From Wolbachia endosymbiont of Cimex lectularius (GTDB lineage: Bacteria > Pseudomonadota > Alphaproteobacteria > Rickettsiales > Anaplasmataceae): 32,000 nt of DNA. This document shows positions 27,506 through 32,000 of this stretch, one piece after another. A program made the position numbers and the translations under genes. Under the pieces are notes generated by a model. That model saw nothing but the letters and a program-made list of their open reading frames with translations, ran no database searches and was not told the origin of the DNA. The stretch covers positions 540,001 through 572,000 of the forward strand of contig NZ_AP013028.1 in assembly GCF_000829315.1 (NCBI RefSeq), read 5' to 3'. Position 1 is the first letter of the stretch, and each line of letters begins with the position of its first letter.

Positions 27506-29042
27506 AAGGCAAAAAAAGCTGCAACGCTGTGTAGTAAATTATAGACAGGGAAGAATATTGATACTACATAAAAGTAAAAAGGCATCTTTTGCTGCTTGAT
27601 TGCTACTGCCAAGAGAATCAGGCTAGTAACGTATATCACTACAAAGTAGCACAAAAACAATTCATTTAAAACTTGAGTTAACATTAATGAAAGCAATAAA
27701 ATGGAGTAGTGAAAAATATAAAGGCTGCCGAGCCAACAAAAAGATTCAATAACAGAATTCCTTTGAGTCCATTGTGTCTATAAAGTGATCTTATATTTCT
27801 TAGATGGACAACATAAGTTTGCATATAACCTTTAATCCAACGCGCTCTTTGCTTGATCCAGGCAAACACAGTAGTTGGTGATTCTTCCAATGTTTCTGAG
27901 TCAATAATCCTAGTTTTATATCCCATTTGTGAAAGTCTCAAACCTAGATCAGCGTCTTCAGTGACATTATAAGCATCCCAGAGAAGCACTTTCCTTAAAA
28001 TTTCTACTGAAAAATGATTACTGCTACCACCCAAAGGTATCGGCATATTCATTCTTTGGAATCCAGGCAATAGGTACTGAAACCAGCTCATGTATTCTAA
28101 AGAGAAGGATTTCGTCAGAAAATTGTAATTATAATTGTAATCATTTAATCTTGCTTGCACACAGGCTAACTTATCGTCGCCCTTATTAAATTCAACCAAT
28201 GCTTTTTTTAATTGCAGTGGATCTGGCTTGTCATCTGCATCATATATTACTGCATACCTTCCTTTGGCAAAGCTCATGGCATAATTGCATGACTTAGCTT
28301 TTGTCTTAGGCAAAGAATGAGGCACTTTTATCACTTCAAAATATTGCGGTAAGGTATGTTCTTCTATAGCTGCAAGCATTCCCTGATCATCACTTTCTAT
28401 CAGAAGCTTCACATCTGATTTTGATTTTGGGTAATCCAAACTTTCAATGCTTTTAATCAATTGCTTTATCACTGCACCTTCTTTAAAGGCAGGCAATAAA
28501 ATTGTATATATAGGGAAATCTTCTTCGTTTATCTTATCATAATCTATTTTTCGATTGTAGGTTTCACATAAGCCAAAAACTGTAGTTATAAATTTGAACA
28601 AATAGCTAGAACATCCAACTATAAATATCAACATCAAAGCAAAGTATGTATACTTCTCTGTTAGTGTTAAAATTGAAGTTATAATAAAGAAAGAAGCAAA
28701 AAATATTGAGCTTAGTTTAATATTCTTGGCTGAAAAATCAGGACTTTTATGGTATAAATAGTTGTTTGCAAATTCTGAAATACCAAAGTGCGAGTTAAGA
28801 AAATCTAAAATCTGTTCACCATCTGCTTTTATTAGTACACAGCCATCACCGTAGTTAGCCTTGATCCAATGGTTGGTACCTTGACTCGCATCTTCAACCA
28901 TAAAAAAAGTAGTATTATTTAATTTTTGCCAAGGAACTATATTAAATTTGTAGTAAAAAAACTTTTCTTGCTCTTTACATAAACTGGAGTCAAGCTTGAT
29001 TTTTTCTATATCATTAACTTGAAGTATAGGCAGATGTTGCAT
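27427..29042 (-). pseudogene. Glycosyltransferase family 2 (cellulose-synthase-like) membrane protein; split by an apparent 1-nt frameshift near 27700
   Basis: Main ORF 27684..29042 (ILLPAFKEGAVIKQLIKSIE, YAVIYDADDKPDPLQL, VTEDADLGLRLSQMGYK, RARWIKGYMQTY) is followed in another frame by 27427..27696 (MLSLMLTQVLNELFLCYFVVIYVTSLILL...). Adding one T restores ...TTPFLLLSLMLTQVL. Confidence 0.8.
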
Positions 29043-29047
29043 TAAAT

Positions 29048-29524
29048 CTAATGCAATTTTTTATTTAAATCACGTGAAAGTGAAGATATGACCTCGCCGC
29101 TGCGCTTATCATCCTTGTGTTCCTGCATTATTTTTTTTACAGCGTCAGCGGCTATACTTGCTGTATTAGCTTGTAAATCTCCAATGGTTTTTTCAACTTG
29201 ATCAGTAACTTTCTTCAAATGAGAACGGGTATTATCATCTAACGTCTGGTCCAGCTGCTGTCTACTGTGTTTAATGATACTATTAGCCTTATCAAGAGCT
29301 TCATTCATCATTTTATTAACCTCTGCATCTAATCTTTTGTATTTTTCAGAAGACTCTCTGTAATACTCCAACATATCTCTTCTGAATTTTTCAACCTCTT
29401 CATTCGTAAGTTTGCTTTTGTTACGCTTATTGTTAAGAGCGTTTTTTATCACCTTCTTTAGTAATTTATATGAAAGGATAAAACCTACAAAAAAAGCAAG
29501 ACCGACAATCAGTGACGTAGACAT
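29048..29524 (-). CDS. atpF: F0F1 ATP synthase subunit b
   Basis: N-terminal transmembrane segment, coiled-coil YRESSEKYKRLDAEVNKMMNEALDKANSIIKHSRQQ, position in the F0 cluster. Confidence 0.8.
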   Translation of the reverse strand: MSTSLIVGLAFFVGFILSYKLLKKVIKNALNNKRNKSKLTNEEVEKFRRDMLEYYRESSEKYKRLDAEVNKMMNEALDKANSIIKHSRQQLDQTLDDNTRSHLKKVTDQVEKTIGDLQANTASIAADAVKKIMQEHKDDKRSGEVISSLSRDLNKKLH

Positions 29525-29532
29525 AAAAACCT

Positions 29533-30012
29533 CTAGAATTCTTTAGATACCAAGCCAGCAACAAACTCCTCTTCAATTTCAGAATTGGTCAATTTACTGT
29601 AGTAAATTAAGGCAATACCAGTAGCTATTCGCTTTAGTTCATCAGTGTACTCAGATTTAAACCTTGCTACTTCTTCTTCAACAAGTTTGCTCATTTTTTT
29701 GTCTTCCTCTTCTAATATATCTTTCACACTTGCTCTCATTTCTTCTACTTGGATAAGTGCATTATCTACAACCTTTTTTGCTTGCGTTCTAGCTTCGCTT
29801 AAAGCCGCGTTATATTTAACAGTCTGGTTTTCTATAAGTTTTAGAAGGTGGACGGAACTATTAAAAGAATCCAGTGCCTTCTTACTTCTAGTGCTTATTA
29901 TTTCATCTAACTTTGGCAGAAATAAACAACTTACTACAAAAAAAAGTAAAGAGAAAAAAATTAAAAACCAAAAAACTTGAGAAAAGAAAGTTGAAACATC
30001 AAGCTGTGGCAT
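29533..30012 (-). CDS. F0F1 ATP synthase subunit b'
   Basis: MPQLDVSTFFSQVFWFLIFFSLLFFVVSCLFLPKLDEIISTRSKK; second b-type subunit next to atpE. Confidence 0.88.
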   Translation of the reverse strand: MPQLDVSTFFSQVFWFLIFFSLLFFVVSCLFLPKLDEIISTRSKKALDSFNSSVHLLKLIENQTVKYNAALSEARTQAKKVVDNALIQVEEMRASVKDILEEEDKKMSKLVEEEVARFKSEYTDELKRIATGIALIYYSKLTNSEIEEEFVAGLVSKEF

Positions 30013-30015
30013 GTG

Positions 30016-30243
30016 TTAAGCAACAAACATCAATAACATTGCAAGGAGAAACGCAAGTAACCCCATAAATTCAACCATAGCAGCACCAATATAAACGTAA
30101 ATTTTCATTTTACCTTCCGATTCAGGGTTTCTTGCAAGCCCACTTAACATAGTAGAAAATATATTTGCTACACCAAGACCTGCCCCGAACATGCCAAGTA
30201 CGCTTAAACCAATCGCTATAAACTTTAAAGCTACTAAATCCAT
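30016..30243 (-). CDS. atpE: F0F1 ATP synthase subunit c
   Basis: 75 aa, LKFIAIGLSVLGMFGAGLGVANIFSTMLSGLARNPESE, VEFMGLLAFLLAMLLMF. Confidence 0.97.
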   Translation of the reverse strand: MDLVALKFIAIGLSVLGMFGAGLGVANIFSTMLSGLARNPESEGKMKIYVYIGAAMVEFMGLLAFLLAMLLMFVA

Positions 30244-30302
30244 ATATCACCTTTAACTATTTCTTTATGTATTAATTATAAAATGTTCTAAAGAAAAGTC
30301 AA

Positions 30303-31028
30303 TTACTTTACTGCATCTGACAAATATACGCATGTTAATATAGTAAATATATAAGCCTGTAGAATTGCAACAAACACTTCAAACCCTATTAATGTGATTA
30401 TAAATAAAAACGGTATAGGGGTTAGAGTTACGTGCATATCCATAATAAACCCCGCTATCACTTTGATGATCGTATGACCCGCAATCATATTTGCTGCAAG
30501 CCTTATTGATAAACTTATAGGCCTTGCCAAGTAGGCAAATAGCTTAATGAAAACCATCATGGGCGCCAGCCATGACGGAGTGCCTTCAGGCAGCAATATG
30601 CGTAAAAATTTTACTCCCCTTTCTTTGAATCCAACAACCGTTGTATAAGTAAAAACTACCATCGATAAGGCAAAAGTAACTATCACATGACTTGTAACTG
30701 TAAAACTATAAGGAAGAACGCCTACTAAATTACACGACAAAGTGAAAATAAATACTGTAAATATCAACGAAATGTGCTCCAAGCCTTTGCTTCCAGTGTT
30801 ACTTTCTATTATTGAAATAACAAAATCGTATACACACTCAACTGCAGCCTGCAAATGTCCTGGTATTACTGATCCTTTCCTTACTCCCAAGAGCAAGAAG
30901 AATATAACTGATATTACTGAAATCATCATAAAAAGAGATGAGTTGGTAAAATTTATATCATGCCCAAATAGTTTGGGTAATTCTACTATTGTATGTATCT
31001 TAAACTGTTCTAGCGGATTTAACGCCAT
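30303..31028 (-). CDS. atpB: F0F1 ATP synthase subunit a
   Basis: [23 protein letters not shown] and [24 protein letters not shown]. Confidence 0.97.
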   Translation of the reverse strand: MALNPLEQFKIHTIVELPKLFGHDINFTNSSLFMMISVISVIFFLLLGVRKGSVIPGHLQAAVECVYDFVISIIESNTGSKGLEHISLIFTVFIFTLSCNLVGVLPYSFTVTSHVIVTFALSMVVFTYTTVVGFKERGVKFLRILLPEGTPSWLAPMMVFIKLFAYLARPISLSIRLAANMIAGHTIIKVIAGFIMDMHVTLTPIPFLFIITLIGFEVFVAILQAYIFTILTCVYLSDAVK

Positions 31029-31136
31029 ATTTCAACCCTATAAACTTAGACTGCAACAGTAAATAAAGTATAAATTTTATAAGGTAAAGTCAAGAGTTAA
31101 GATGATATAGGCTCTGTAGCACAGAGCCCTTTTTAC

Positions 31137-31490
31137 TCACTTCACTTTAAAACCGTAATTTTTAATACTATCTTTGATAGCCTGAATATCTGTTTCGATT
31201 GCAGCTTGAAACTTCACATTTATAGTAGGGTTATCACTTTCATGATCAAATTCAATTTTGTTGATAGACAAATCTTTTTGAAGGTTATCTTCAACACAGC
31301 TAGGAAATGTTAGCATTGTGTAATAAGTCATATCGTTTGGATCATGAGAACGATTATAGTCCAGCAAAGACACAGGGCCTTCCTCATTGTATCCCCATAT
31401 CCGTATAGATTCAGAACCTTCACGATGATTAAAAGAAGACTCAATGTTATATTCATTTGCTGGTAGTTCAAATGTTATTGTGTTATCCAT
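31137..31490 (-). CDS. Hypothetical protein, 117 aa
   Basis: Intact ORF between atpB and rsmA on the same strand; no family recognised. Confidence 0.6.
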   Translation of the reverse strand: MDNTITFELPANEYNIESSFNHREGSESIRIWGYNEEGPVSLLDYNRSHDPNDMTYYTMLTFPSCVEDNLQKDLSINKIEFDHESDNPTINVKFQAAIETDIQAIKDSIKNYGFKVK

Positions 31491-31626
31491 AGCATTACCT
31501 AATTAATTAAAACTGTTATTATAATGTTGGTATATTAACAAAATATTTACTAGAGTGGCCAATTATAATCAGCGCTGTATTTCAAAAATTACTAAGTTGT
31601 TTAACATCCCGATTTAACATGCTATC

Positions 31627-32000
31627 TTAACTATTGAACAATTCTTTTTGTATAACATTTGCTAGCAAACAAAATTGTTCAATAGTTAAGTTTTCTGGAC
31701 GTTCGCTACCATTTAATTTAGCGTTTTCAAGAATGGTTTCAGCATGATTTGTTATATTTTGCAAGCTATTTCTTAGCATCTTTCTTCTTTGAGCAAAAAC
31801 AGCGCGCGTTAATTTTGTCAAAGTTTCCAAATTTACTGCAAATCTTTGGGTAGGTAAAGGATTTACTGTAATTACTGAAGAATGCACTTTCGGCCTTGGA
31901 AAAAACTCTTTAGGTTCAATATCAAATTCCTTTCTTATATTGCACAGCAACTGGCTTAGCACCGATAGAGAACCGTAGTCTTTGGAATTAGGTCTTGCTA
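31627..32000 (-). CDS. rsmA: 16S rRNA dimethyladenosine transferase, C-terminal part (runs off the window)
   Basis: ARPNSKDYGSLSVLSQLLCNIRKEFDIEPKEFFPRPKVHSSVITV and FAQRRKMLRNSLQN. Confidence 0.95.
   Translation of the reverse strand, partial: ARPNSKDYGSLSVLSQLLCNIRKEFDIEPKEFFPRPKVHSSVITVNPLPTQRFAVNLETLTKLTRAVFAQRRKMLRNSLQNITNHAETILENAKLNGSERPENLTIEQFCLLANVIQKELFNS

Overview
This 32 kb window is AT-rich and gene-dense. It looks like an ordinary chromosomal segment of a Wolbachia-like member of Anaplasmataceae/Rickettsiales; that assignment is inference from protein content, gene order and IS type. Most of it is housekeeping: nuoC(partial)/nuoB/nuoA, a HIT protein, murF, an NDUFA9-like epimerase (frameshifted), tRNA-Arg(CCT), an ABC ATPase, tatA, exoD, cysS, a YqaA-like protein, pgk, an FNR-type reductase, a Bcr/CflA-like MFS transporter (frameshifted), prfA, engB, an ArgB-like kinase, iscS, gltX, an ankyrin-type membrane protein, pccA, ctaA/cox15, a glycosyltransferase (frameshifted), atpF/atpF'/atpE/atpB and rsmA(partial). 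Three near-identical ~860 bp IS5-family elements have clean 3-bp TNA target duplications. They sit in or beside three copies of a dispersed non-coding repeat. Best leads: (1) a probable secreted EndoU-like ribonuclease (10549..11406, minus); (2) cysS, whose conserved N-terminus is joined to the body only by a -1 shift at an in-frame A AAA AAG heptamer in an A9 tract; (3) an intact ArgB-like ORF with degenerated glycine motifs; (4) poly(A)-tract frames in the IS transposase, with one copy carrying an extra A; (5) a same-direction pattern of frameshifts in host genes; (6) the repeat/IS association. I found no convincing new multi-gene system and no CRISPR array.
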